From a virus (taxonomy: Duplodnaviria; Heunggongvirae; Uroviricota; Caudoviricetes), in IMG/VR virus record IMGVR_UViG_3300027007_000013: 26,326 nucleotides of DNA; one strand, given 5' to 3'. The notes beneath the pieces were generated by a model. It had not been told where the DNA came from, searched no databases, and was given only the letters and a program-made list of their open reading frames with translations. The number at the start of each line of letters is the position of its first letter. Position 1 is the stretch's first letter. Positions 11,605-20,600 of the stretch are shown here, piece after piece. Position numbers and translations under genes: made by a program.

Positions 11605-14156
11605 AACCCCTCCTGATAACACAGATAGACTACACGAACGAGGAGGTCCGTGGTGGTGAGCAGGTGCCGGTCATGCACATTTTCGGTCGGGACGCGGAGA
11701 ACGCAGTCCACCGGGCCGATGTCTACGACCACCGGCCGTACTTCTACGTCCCTGTCGAGGAGACGCACAAACCAGACTTCGGGTCCGAGGAGATTGTCTC
11801 CGTCGAGCCCGGTTACACATCGATCAGGGGGCGTGACCTTGCTCGCGTGTACACGCACACGCCCAGCGAAGTCGGAAAGATCAGAGACGACTATGAGCAC
11901 TACGAGGCCGATGTTCTGTTCCCCAACCGGCTGATGATCGACTACGAGATCAAAGCCGGGGTCATGGTCCCCGACGAGGGGACCCACCACACGTTCGACT
12001 CGCCGGAGGAGCTCGAACCATGTGACCCACCTACGTCGGCATCGATTCGAGTACACCACGTGGACATCGAGGTTGAGGACCGACACGGCTTCCCCGAGGA
12101 CGGCATCGAGCCCATCGTTTGTTTCACCACTTTCGACTCGTACGACGAATGGTATATCGTATGGTGGTGTAAGGAACACGCCGACCAGGAGCTCGACCCT
12201 GATCGAAAAGCGGAACTGCTCGCTGACGAGGATGCTGGCGATGTCGAGCTCCGAACTTTCGAAGACGAAGCGAAGATGCTCGACGAGTACCTCTCATACA
12301 TCGAGGAGACCGATCCAGATCTGTTCACGGCATGGAACATCGGCTTCGACATGCCGTACATCTGTGACCGCCTTGAACGGCTGAACGAGAAGTGCATCTG
12401 GAACCTCGACATCGAACGTCTCTCCCGACTCGACGAGGTGTGGAGCGGTCGCGACTACCCGAATCTGAAGGGGCGAGTCGTCTTCGACCTGCTCCAGGCG
12501 TACAAGTTCACGCACTTCAGCGAGGAGGAGTCGTACCGGCTCGAAGCCATCGGTCAGAAAGTGGTCGGCTTCGGCAAGGAGACATACGTCGGCAAGATCG
12601 GCGACCTGTGGGAAGAAGACCCCGACCGACTCCTCGAATACTCGCTGAAAGACGTCGTCCTCACTGTCGAGATCGATAAAGAGACAGAGACGATCGACTT
12701 TATCGACTCACTCCGCCAGTTCGTCGGTTCGCGCATCGAGGACTCGACGGTCGCGAACGAGATCTGCGACATGTACGTCCTGCACAAGACGCACGGGCGA
12801 TTCGTCCTCCCGTCGAAAGGTGCAGGAAGCGATGGGGACTACGAGGGGGCGGCCGTGTTCCCACCGATCTCGGGTGTCGAGGAGAACGTGGTTGTCACTG
12901 ACCTGAAATCTTTGTACCCGATGTGCATGGTGACGATGAACCTGTCGCCGGAGACATCGGTCGATCCCGACGAATACGACGGCGACACCTACGTCGCGCC
13001 CAACGGGTTGCACTTCCGCAAAGAGCCGGATGGAATCATCCGAGAGATCGTCGACGAGCTCCTGTCACGACGAGAGGACCTGAAAGCAGAGCGTAACACG
13101 CACGACCCCGATTCTGATTCGTACAAGCGTCTCGACCGCCAGCAGGTAAGTGTCAAGGTCGTGATGAACTCGTTATACGGAGTGTTAGCTTGGGATAAAT
13201 TCAGGCTGTATGACAAAGATATGGGAGCCGCTGTAACGGCCACAGGACGCGGAGTAATCAAGTTTACCGAGGACGTGGTGAACGAACTTGATTATGAAGT
13301 GACATATGGCGACACGGATTCCGTCATGATAAGTCTCGGACATGAAGTGTCCAAAGAGGAGGCTATCGACATCGGATTCGAGATTGCCGAAACGATCAAC
13401 GACCGCTACGACGAGTATGCGGCCACGCTCAACGCCGACGACCACCGCTTCCAGATGGAGTTCGAGAAACTCTACAAGCGATACTTCCAGGCCGGTAAGA
13501 AGAAACGATACGCTGGCCACATCGTGTGGAAAGAGGGCAAAGACGTCGACGACATCGACATCACGGGCTTCGAGTACAAGCGGTCCGACACCCCGCGTTT
13601 CGTGAAGGAGACGCAGAAGACCGTCCTCGACAAGATCGTCCGAGGTGCGGATACGGACGAGATCCGAACGTACGTGAAAGGTCGCATTGACGAGGTAAAA
13701 GCCGAAGAAGTACCACTCGACGAGATCGGGATTCCTGGTGGCATCGGGAAGAAACTCACTTCGTACAACCCACCAGGCGTCCACGTTCGGGGTGCGATCT
13801 ACGCAAACCTCCTACTCGGCAAGAACTTCGGCAAAGGGTCGAAGCCCAAGCGTGTCTACCTCGAGCGTGTCCTCGAACGGTTCTACCACAAGATCGAGCG
13901 CCGTCGCAAATGGGAGCTCGAACGATCCGACTGGTACCGCCAGTTCCGACAGGAGGTCGCGAGTGATGATGACACCGAAGGGGCGATCTGCATCGAGTAC
14001 CCCGAGGACCTCCCGGAGGAGTTCATCGTCGACTGGGACCGCCAGCTCGACAAGACGCTCCGAGGGCCCATCGAGCGTGTGACAGAACCGCTCGGCCTCT
14101 CCTGGGATGAGATCGAGACAGGACACGAGCAGACTGGATTGGGGGCCTGGTCATGA
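11601..14156 (+). CDS. polB: Family B DNA polymerase, haloarchaeal PolB1-like, intein-free (851 aa)
   Basis: Exo I DIEVE, Exo II AWNIGFDMPY, Exo III LEYSLKD; Pol A DLKSLYP, B KVVMNSLYG, C YGDTDS; KKKRYAG and GFEYKRSD; RPYFY in the N-terminal domain. Confidence 0.97.
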   Translation: MKPLLITQIDYTNEEVRGGEQVPVMHIFGRDAENAVHRADVYDHRPYFYVPVEETHKPDFGSEEIVSVEPGYTSIRGRDLARVYTHTPSEVGKIRDDYEHYEADVLFPNRLMIDYEIKAGVMVPDEGTHHTFDSPEELEPCDPPTSASIRVHHVDIEVEDRHGFPEDGIEPIVCFTTFDSYDEWYIVWWCKEHADQELDPDRKAELLADEDAGDVELRTFEDEAKMLDEYLSYIEETDPDLFTAWNIGFDMPYICDRLERLNEKCIWNLDIERLSRLDEVWSGRDYPNLKGRVVFDLLQAYKFTHFSEEESYRLEAIGQKVVGFGKETYVGKIGDLWEEDPDRLLEYSLKDVVLTVEIDKETETIDFIDSLRQFVGSRIEDSTVANEICDMYVLHKTHGRFVLPSKGAGSDGDYEGAAVFPPISGVEENVVVTDLKSLYPMCMVTMNLSPETSVDPDEYDGDTYVAPNGLHFRKEPDGIIREIVDELLSRREDLKAERNTHDPDSDSYKRLDRQQVSVKVVMNSLYGVLAWDKFRLYDKDMGAAVTATGRGVIKFTEDVVNELDYEVTYGDTDSVMISLGHEVSKEEAIDIGFEIAETINDRYDEYAATLNADDHRFQMEFEKLYKRYFQAGKKKRYAGHIVWKEGKDVDDIDITGFEYKRSDTPRFVKETQKTVLDKIVRGADTDEIRTYVKGRIDEVKAEEVPLDEIGIPGGIGKKLTSYNPPGVHVRGAIYANLLLGKNFGKGSKPKRVYLERVLERFYHKIERRRKWELERSDWYRQFRQEVASDDDTEGAICIEYPEDLPEEFIVDWDRQLDKTLRGPIERVTEPLGLSWDEIETGHEQTGLGAWS

Positions 14157-14248
14157 CGTCCCAGCAGCAGCGAGTTATGTTACTCGAGTTCGCCATGCTC
14201 GCAGTCGTCCTGTCTGCACTCCTCGCGCTGAATGGAGGATGTACATGA
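14153..14248 (+). CDS. 31-aa hydrophobic (single TM) microprotein
   Basis: MTSQQQRVMLLEFAMLAVVLSALLALNGGCT; ATGA overlap with the polB stop and with the next start, which is preceded by GGAGG. Confidence 0.55.
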   Translation: MTSQQQRVMLLEFAMLAVVLSALLALNGGCT

Positions 14249-14673
14249 AGAACGTCCTCGCCCGCCTCACGTGCGGAGTGCTCGGGTTCCACCTGTGGGA
14301 CGTCGACGAGGAAGACCCTGGTTACGTGATGACGAGATGTAGGAGCTGTGGGGCAACCAAAGTCGTCGAGTTCTCAGACGAGACAGAACGACTCCGGGCG
14401 CAGATCGCCGAATACGAAGCACAGCAACGGTGGAACCCCGTGACGAATCACACCTACGTCTTCAAAGAAACGGAAACCGGACAGATCACCGGCATCAGCG
14501 CGAGTAGATACCGCGATGCTGTTCAGTGCCTACTCGACCGGAAGCCAGTCGGATTCCAGTACGAGTTCGTCGGTGCGCTCAACGACTTACTCGACGGGGA
14601 CGAGCTCGAGGGGCGAGTTAACTGGACGTGGAGCGTCGAGAACGGCTCCGTGGAGGTGCGTTTGGATGAGTGA
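14245..14673 (+). CDS. Hypothetical protein (142 aa) with N-terminal C...H...CxxC Zn motif (DUF1660-like)
   Basis: LTCGVLGFHLW...TRCRSCG; SD-like GGAGG before the ATG at 14245. Confidence 0.7.
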   Translation: MKNVLARLTCGVLGFHLWDVDEEDPGYVMTRCRSCGATKVVEFSDETERLRAQIAEYEAQQRWNPVTNHTYVFKETETGQITGISASRYRDAVQCLLDRKPVGFQYEFVGALNDLLDGDELEGRVNWTWSVENGSVEVRLDE

Positions 14674-14896
14674 AGTCGAACGAATGTGTGTCGGCTGCAC
14701 CACCTCACTACCACCAGCAGCGGTCTACCACGCCGCCCAGTGGGACGAACCAGACGATGGGCACGAGGAACTACTGTTCGTGTGCGAGGACTGCGACGGG
14801 GACCGGTGGCACGACATCGGTGAGCCGGTTATGCTGGCACCGGCCATCGTGGTGACTGACCCTGACTACGTCCCGCGACACTTCGAACTACCATGA
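14666..14896 (+). CDS. Zn-finger microprotein (76 aa)
   Basis: MCVGC...VCEDC; SD GGAGGTG at 14652-14658. Confidence 0.72.
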   Translation: MSEVERMCVGCTTSLPPAAVYHAAQWDEPDDGHEELLFVCEDCDGDRWHDIGEPVMLAPAIVVTDPDYVPRHFELP

Positions 14897-15057
14897 GACA
14901 ACGGAAGACGTGCGAGAGCTGTGGCACCGAGCTGGAACTGACGATACTCGAAGGAGTGTACGAACCGCTTCAGGCGGCCGTTGCGTGTGAGTGTGCCGAG
15001 GTACCAGTGGGTGGAATATACCTATGGAGACCATCAGATTGGCCCGACGGGTGGTAG
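14893..15057 (+). CDS. Zn-finger microprotein (54 aa), absent from the ORF track
   Basis: MRQRKTCESCGTELEL...VACECAEV...WPDGW; ATGA-coupled; followed by TTTTT. Confidence 0.7.
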   Translation: MRQRKTCESCGTELELTILEGVYEPLQAAVACECAEVPVGGIYLWRPSDWPDGW

Positions 15058-15078
15058 CTGATACCCGATAGGTACTGA

Positions 15079-15083
15079 TTTTT
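15079..15083 (+). terminator. Oligo-T archaeal terminator candidate ending the polB operon
   Basis: TTTTT 21 nt after the last stop, before the next promoter. Confidence 0.4.
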
Positions 15084-15149
15084 CGAGTTGTTGCGTCGGT
15101 AGATAGACGCCTCTATACACCGTTTTATTACTGTATTCTGATACTATGG

Positions 15150-15164
15150 GAAAACTGGTATATT
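15150..15164 (+). promoter_or_regulatory. Repeated viral promoter motif, copy 4
   Basis: GAAAACTGGTATATT, 42 nt before the ATG at 15192, which opens the fibre module. Confidence 0.72.
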
Positions 15165-15191
15165 AGGCACACTGCGTGTATCAAGATACTG

Positions 15192-15653
15192 ATGACAAGC
15201 GTCTACAATAACTTCAAGGAGCTCCTGTTCAACGGGGGCGTCGACCTTGACACCGACACCATCAGGGCTGCACTCGTCAGTGACACGCCGGCCTACACGC
15301 CGGACATCGACCTCGAAGTGAACGTCGACGACGTTCTCGACGGCGGTACGACAGCGAGTGAGCTCAACGCGACGAACTACGCTCGGAAGACCCTCTCGAT
15401 CACCGTCAGCCAGGACGACACCGACGACGAGGGTGTCGCTGACGCGACAGACCTGACCTGGTCCTCGCTCGGTGGCGCGACGAACGATACGATCGATGGC
15501 GTCCTGATCTACAAGGAAGTCGGTGCTGACGACACGACGCCCGGTGACGACCCGGTCATCGCCTACATCACGTCATCGGACTTCCCGCTCACGACCAACG
15601 GCGGGGACGTGACGGTCTCCTGGGCCGCCGAAGGCGTCCTCAACGTCGGATAG
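15192..15653 (+). CDS. Putative virion structural (filament/fibre-associated) protein, 153 aa
   Basis: YNNFKELLFNGGVDLDTDTIRAAL...GVLIYK...IAYI...TTNGGDVTVSW resembles a widespread small phage beta-sandwich family (recalled, not searched); duplicated in the next gene. Confidence 0.7.
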   Translation: MTSVYNNFKELLFNGGVDLDTDTIRAALVSDTPAYTPDIDLEVNVDDVLDGGTTASELNATNYARKTLSITVSQDDTDDEGVADATDLTWSSLGGATNDTIDGVLIYKEVGADDTTPGDDPVIAYITSSDFPLTTNGGDVTVSWAAEGVLNVG

Positions 15654-15695
15654 GACGCACTCGACCCCTGATGTTGTGTTTCGATTGCGAGATAG

Positions 15696-17291
15696 ATGGC
15701 TACATACTACATTAACGCCGGCGGCGACAACGCAAATGACGGTCTGAGCTCTGCGAACGCGTTTGCGAACTTCGACCCGGTAGCATACGGTAACAAAGCC
15801 GCTCTGACACAGGGCGATACGGTGATCGTTGAGGACACGGGTGGAGACATCACACACTCGTCCCAGGTTAGCTTTTGGGGAATGAGTGGGTCGTCTGGGA
15901 GCCCAATCACTATCGAGGCTGCTGATGGACACAGTCCCGTTATCGACTTTACAAACGCGACGGCGAAGGCGTTCTACATGGAAGCAACGTCGTATTTCGT
16001 CATCGATGGGCTGGAGGTGAAAAATGCTGGCAACTACGGCTTCCAGGTCTACAACGCGAACAATAACACGTTCAAGAATTGCTACACCCACCATCACGGG
16101 TACGACGCAACATGGGGCTCTGGTATCGCCTTTGAGGGCGGTGGCTCTGGCCACCTCGTGCAGAACTGTAAATCCGCCTACGGACAGGCGGAAGGGAACG
16201 CAGACGGGTTTGCACTCGACGGTGGTGCATCTGCAACGTTCGAGAACTGTGATGCGTGGCACAATGCTGACGACGGGTTCGATGCGTGGGATGGTGGCGT
16301 GTCCACGTTCACTGACTGTCGAGCGTGGCACAACGGACACGATGAGAACGGGACGGTCACTGGTAACGGTAATGGGTTCAAACTCGGCGGCGACACGGCC
16401 ACTGGGGACGGTGGGCACACACTTGAGCGATGTATCGCGTTCAAAAACTCCGGTGACTCGGGTCGCGGGTTCGACGATAACAACGCCGACAACGCGATCA
16501 CGTTCCACAACTGCACGGCCTGGGACAACGATGTTGGATGGCGCGTGAATGTCCAGGGAGTCGCTCATGTTCTCCGAAACTGCATCGAGTATCAGAACAC
16601 GACAGCATACGACAGTATGGCGAACGCCGACGACCAGTACAACACCTGGAACCTATCGATCAATGATCCCGACTGGGCTGACGTCTCGCTGACCAACGAC
16701 TCGAAAGAAGGGCCGGCGAACGAGTCGACGTTCATGACGCTCAACTCGACGAGTTCGTGTATCGATGCCGGTACTGACGTGGGACTTTCGTACAACGGGA
16801 GTGATCCCGACCTCGGTGCGATCGAATACACCGCGACGGTGACCCAGGAAGACTCACTGTATAATAACTTCAAAGAGTTGTTGTTCAACGGCGGTGTCGA
16901 CTTGGATACGGATACGATCAGGGTGGCGTTGATCTCTGACTCACCGGCGTACGGCCCTGACGTTGACACCGAAGTGCACGTGTCGGATGTGCTCGATGGG
17001 GGAACGACAGCGAGTGAGGTCAGCGGGACTGGATACAGTCGACAGACCATCTCGCTGACCGCCACACAGGATAACGCGAACGACGTGGCCTATGTCGACA
17101 CGGGAGACCTCACGTATTCTGGGATCGACGCTGGGACGATAGATGGCGTCCTGATCTACAAGGATGGCCCCACCGACGACACGGACTCGCCCCTGATCGC
17201 CTACCTCACGTCCGACCAGTTCCCACTGACCACGAACGGTGGTGACGTGACGATCCAGTGGGGGTCGTCTGGTGTCCTGGAGCTCTCGTAA
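15696..17291 (+). CDS. PL9-like pectate-lyase beta-helix fused to a C-terminal copy of the 153-aa structural domain
   Basis: NADGF, ADDGFD and NGFKLGG match the Ca-binding Asp residues and catalytic Lys of PL9 (PelL type); PDLGAIEY ends the helix; residues ~386-531 align with the upstream protein (first 21 aa identical). Confidence 0.85.
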   Translation: MATYYINAGGDNANDGLSSANAFANFDPVAYGNKAALTQGDTVIVEDTGGDITHSSQVSFWGMSGSSGSPITIEAADGHSPVIDFTNATAKAFYMEATSYFVIDGLEVKNAGNYGFQVYNANNNTFKNCYTHHHGYDATWGSGIAFEGGGSGHLVQNCKSAYGQAEGNADGFALDGGASATFENCDAWHNADDGFDAWDGGVSTFTDCRAWHNGHDENGTVTGNGNGFKLGGDTATGDGGHTLERCIAFKNSGDSGRGFDDNNADNAITFHNCTAWDNDVGWRVNVQGVAHVLRNCIEYQNTTAYDSMANADDQYNTWNLSINDPDWADVSLTNDSKEGPANESTFMTLNSTSSCIDAGTDVGLSYNGSDPDLGAIEYTATVTQEDSLYNNFKELLFNGGVDLDTDTIRVALISDSPAYGPDVDTEVHVSDVLDGGTTASEVSGTGYSRQTISLTATQDNANDVAYVDTGDLTYSGIDAGTIDGVLIYKDGPTDDTDSPLIAYLTSDQFPLTTNGGDVTIQWGSSGVLELS

Positions 17292-17620
17292 TGGCTGTCT
17301 CCGGGTACTTCGTGTTGCCACAGGTCGGGAATGGGACCTTCGACGACAAGTTCCGGCCGAAGTACATGGACGACCCACGCGTCCTCAAGTATTACGCCGG
17401 TGAGGGGATCGAGCGAGCGGGCAACACCTGGATTCCGACCCGTGTGTACGTCGCTGACGACGATGCGGCGGCACTCGACACTCTCGAGTCGCAGTCCGAC
17501 GCCTACCGCATCTACCCTGGCGACGTCGAGACTGCGTTGAACGGCCTCGGGGTGTTCCCCCAGGCGCTTACCGCTCGGGAATGGGCGCTCCTGTTCAGCA
17601 AGTTCCTGATGAACGACTAA
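17291..17620 (+). CDS. Hypothetical protein (109 aa) in the fibre module
   Basis: TAATG coupling to the upstream gene; GNGTFDDKFRPKY. Confidence 0.75.
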   Translation: MAVSGYFVLPQVGNGTFDDKFRPKYMDDPRVLKYYAGEGIERAGNTWIPTRVYVADDDAAALDTLESQSDAYRIYPGDVETALNGLGVFPQALTAREWALLFSKFLMND

Positions 17621-17638
17621 CCAGGCTGGAGGAGAGCT

Positions 17639-20600
17639 ATGCCCACGACTGACCTGTACCCCGACTCCGAGCTCGCTACCACCAACCTCTCTGGGTCAGT
17701 CTCGAATCTCCAAAACGACGATACAGCGTCGTGGTACACGGCCAACGATGCCACGTCAGATACGGCCCTGCGCGTCGGCTTCGATAATCCGCCATCGGCG
17801 CTGACCGGAACGCAGACAATCGACGTCTACGTTCGGCGAACGAATAACTCGAACAAGGAGCCGACGGTCACTGTCGAGCTCTACGAGAACGGCTCGCTCG
17901 TTAGCACACTCGCATCGAACGTCGCCGTCACGTCGACAACTGGCCAGACCCTTTCGTACACGTTCGCTGACACCGCCGTCTCGAACGCCGATAACGTCGA
18001 GATCCGTGTGGCCGGGTCGTCGTCGGGCGGGAACCCGAATCAACGGAACACTGTCGAGGTCGGCTACGAGACATGGACGGCCTCGATCGAGCTTGTCGGA
18101 GGGGTTGCCGACGTTGGAACGCTCTCTGTCACGGCAAATGAACCGACCGCGTCCGGTGGCATCCAGTACGGTTGGAAAACAATCGAGTCGTTCGAGGATC
18201 AGTCACTCTCAGAATACGATATCGGAGATACAAGCGCGTTCGGGATCGCTTCAACCCAGAGTATCGACGGGAGCTACTCCCTCGAGGGGACAGGTGGCTC
18301 CTCAACGTGGGAAGGTATTGCGTCCACCACAGGATTAGATGAGTACATTCCGTATGAGTCGGAATTTCGTGCCCGAGTCAGAGTTTCGAGCGCAAACGAC
18401 AGGCTTCTCTTACGATTTGCAACCCCCGACGCTGACAACGTCATCCTCGCTGGTGCGACTGGAACGGGCATAGAGATATCCCGGTCGCTTGCTGGCTCAT
18501 GGTCACAAGTGAGCAGTGCGTCGATGACGTTTCCAACTGATGAGTGGCTCATATACCACCTCACGTGGGGACTGGCTGGCGCTAACGTTGTCGAGCTCAC
18601 GGTCTATGATTCAACGGAAACTGAACTGGCAAGTACGAGCGCAACCCTCGAAAGTGACTTTCAGGCGTGGGACGGGTTCGGGTACCAGTACACCTACCAG
18701 TACAGTGGGACTGGTCCTGGCTACTTCGACAACGTTGAGCTCTGGGGACAGCTCGCGTCGTCGCAGACCGCAACGGCCGACGTCGCCTCGGTCACGACCA
18801 GCGCACCTTCGCCGACAGCGTCCACCACAACGACGGGCGACACTGCGACCGCCGATCTCGGCGGAATAACCGTTAGCGCCCCGTCCCCCACGGCAACGAA
18901 TGTCATCTCGGCGCCTGTTTCGACGCTCTCGGCAACGATTGCCGGACAAGACCCGACAGTCGACGGTGGGGCGACGACGGCGACGATGGATGCGGCGTCT
19001 ATCAGCGTCACTGGACAGGACCCGTCGATCCCAAGTGTCGCGACAACGGTGACAGCAGACCTCGGGTCGGTCACGGTCGCTGGACAGGATAGCACAGTTA
19101 CCCCCGGCGACGTATCGGTGGCGACGACCGAAGGGACGCTCACGTCGACGGCTCAGGACGTAACCGCCACTCCTGGTACCGTATCGGCCGGCGCTGACGT
19201 CGGGCAAACGACAGTCACTGCAATCGACACGAGTGCGAGTGCCGGAGCGACAACATCCTCGATGGAGACTGGTACGCTCTCACTCTCACTACCACCAGTA
19301 ACGAGTGGGAGCACTCGTGCAGTCAGTGCAGACGTGGGGGTCGTCTCGGTCACGGGACAGGCGGCGACCGTACAGGCCGGCGCTCACACGCTCACGATGG
19401 ACGCTGGGACGGCCACGGCCTCTGGCATTGACCCGAGCGTCGCGCCCGGTGAGTTCACGGCTACTGTCGACGTGGCCTCGGTCACCAGCGTCGCACACGA
19501 TGTCACGGCGACTGCTGGAGCGACGAGCGCCACAGCCGTTGCTGGTGGTATCGCTCTCTCTGGCGTTGAGCCATCTGCTTCGAGCGGGGTGGTGGCACAG
19601 ACATCGACCGTTGGTGGGGCGGTTACTGCACCCGACCCATCGGTAGCGACCGGAGGTGTAACAGCACAGGCCGCCGTCGGTGAAGTGACTGTTACTGGCC
19701 AGGACCCGGTCGCGACGCCCGGGAGTGTTTCCCCAACGGCTGACGTGGCACCCCTCGATGTCAGCGCACAGTCGCTGGGTGCGACACCGGGTACTGTCAC
19801 GGCCAGCAGTGTCGTCGGCGACCTCGCGCTCAGTAGCGCCGACCCGAGCAGCACGCCCGGCGACGTTTCACCGACAGCTGACGTTGCGACTACCACGCTT
19901 GTTGCCCTCGACTCGACGGTTACTACCGGTGGGTCGACAGCAACTGTTGACACTGGCGTCCTGACCGTAAGTGAGGAGGAAGTGTCCGTCGCCGGTGGTG
20001 CAACGGTTGCGACGACAGATACAGGCACTCTCAGTGTTACCGGCCCGAGTCCGTCGACGGCTCTTGGGACTGTATCCATCGGGGCTGACCTCGCGGACAT
20101 TGCGACCACCGGGCACGATGTGGCGGCCACACCTGGGACAGCAACAATTGCGGGAGATACTGGCGAGTTAACGGTCGACGTCCCCGGATTCGTCACTGGG
20201 AAATCGATACTCGTCGAGGCGGATACGGCGTCGATTACCGTCACTGGGGAGGATGTGACGACAACGTCTGGCGGCGTCGGGGCGACGGCGGGACACGCGA
20301 CGGTGAGCGTCGAGGCGATCGACCCCACGGCCGCTCCGACAGGGAGTGCTCCCGTTGCCGCGGACGTCGGCGAGATCTCGACGACAGCGAGCGATGTCAC
20401 TGCGACGGGGGGCTCGACCTCAGCGACGGTTGACGTTGCAAGCGTTTCGGCGACAGCGCCGGATGCGTCGATTGATGCTGGCGGCGTTGTGACGGCGACG
20501 GCTACTACCGGTGTCGTTACGGTCGCTGGCATCTCGGCCGGGGCGGTGCCTGGGGAGGCCACAGTCACCACTGATAGTGGAATCGTCACCTCGACTGCGG

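Noticed and set aside
11601-14156. Intein or intron in polB, ligase, helicase or the tRNAs
   Set aside because: All motifs are contiguous with normal spacing, and anticodon loops are 7 nt with no bulge-helix-bulge insert.
14153-14248. Lipobox in the 31-aa peptide (LNGGCT)
   Set aside because: The -3 residue is Asn rather than L/V/I, there is no Tat or Sec signal, and only one residue follows the Cys.
5719-14718. CCACCAGC (reverse complement of the E. coli Chi site GCTGGTGG) at 5719 and 14711
   Set aside because: Archaea lack RecBCD; the match is a by-product of the CTACCACCAG repeat.
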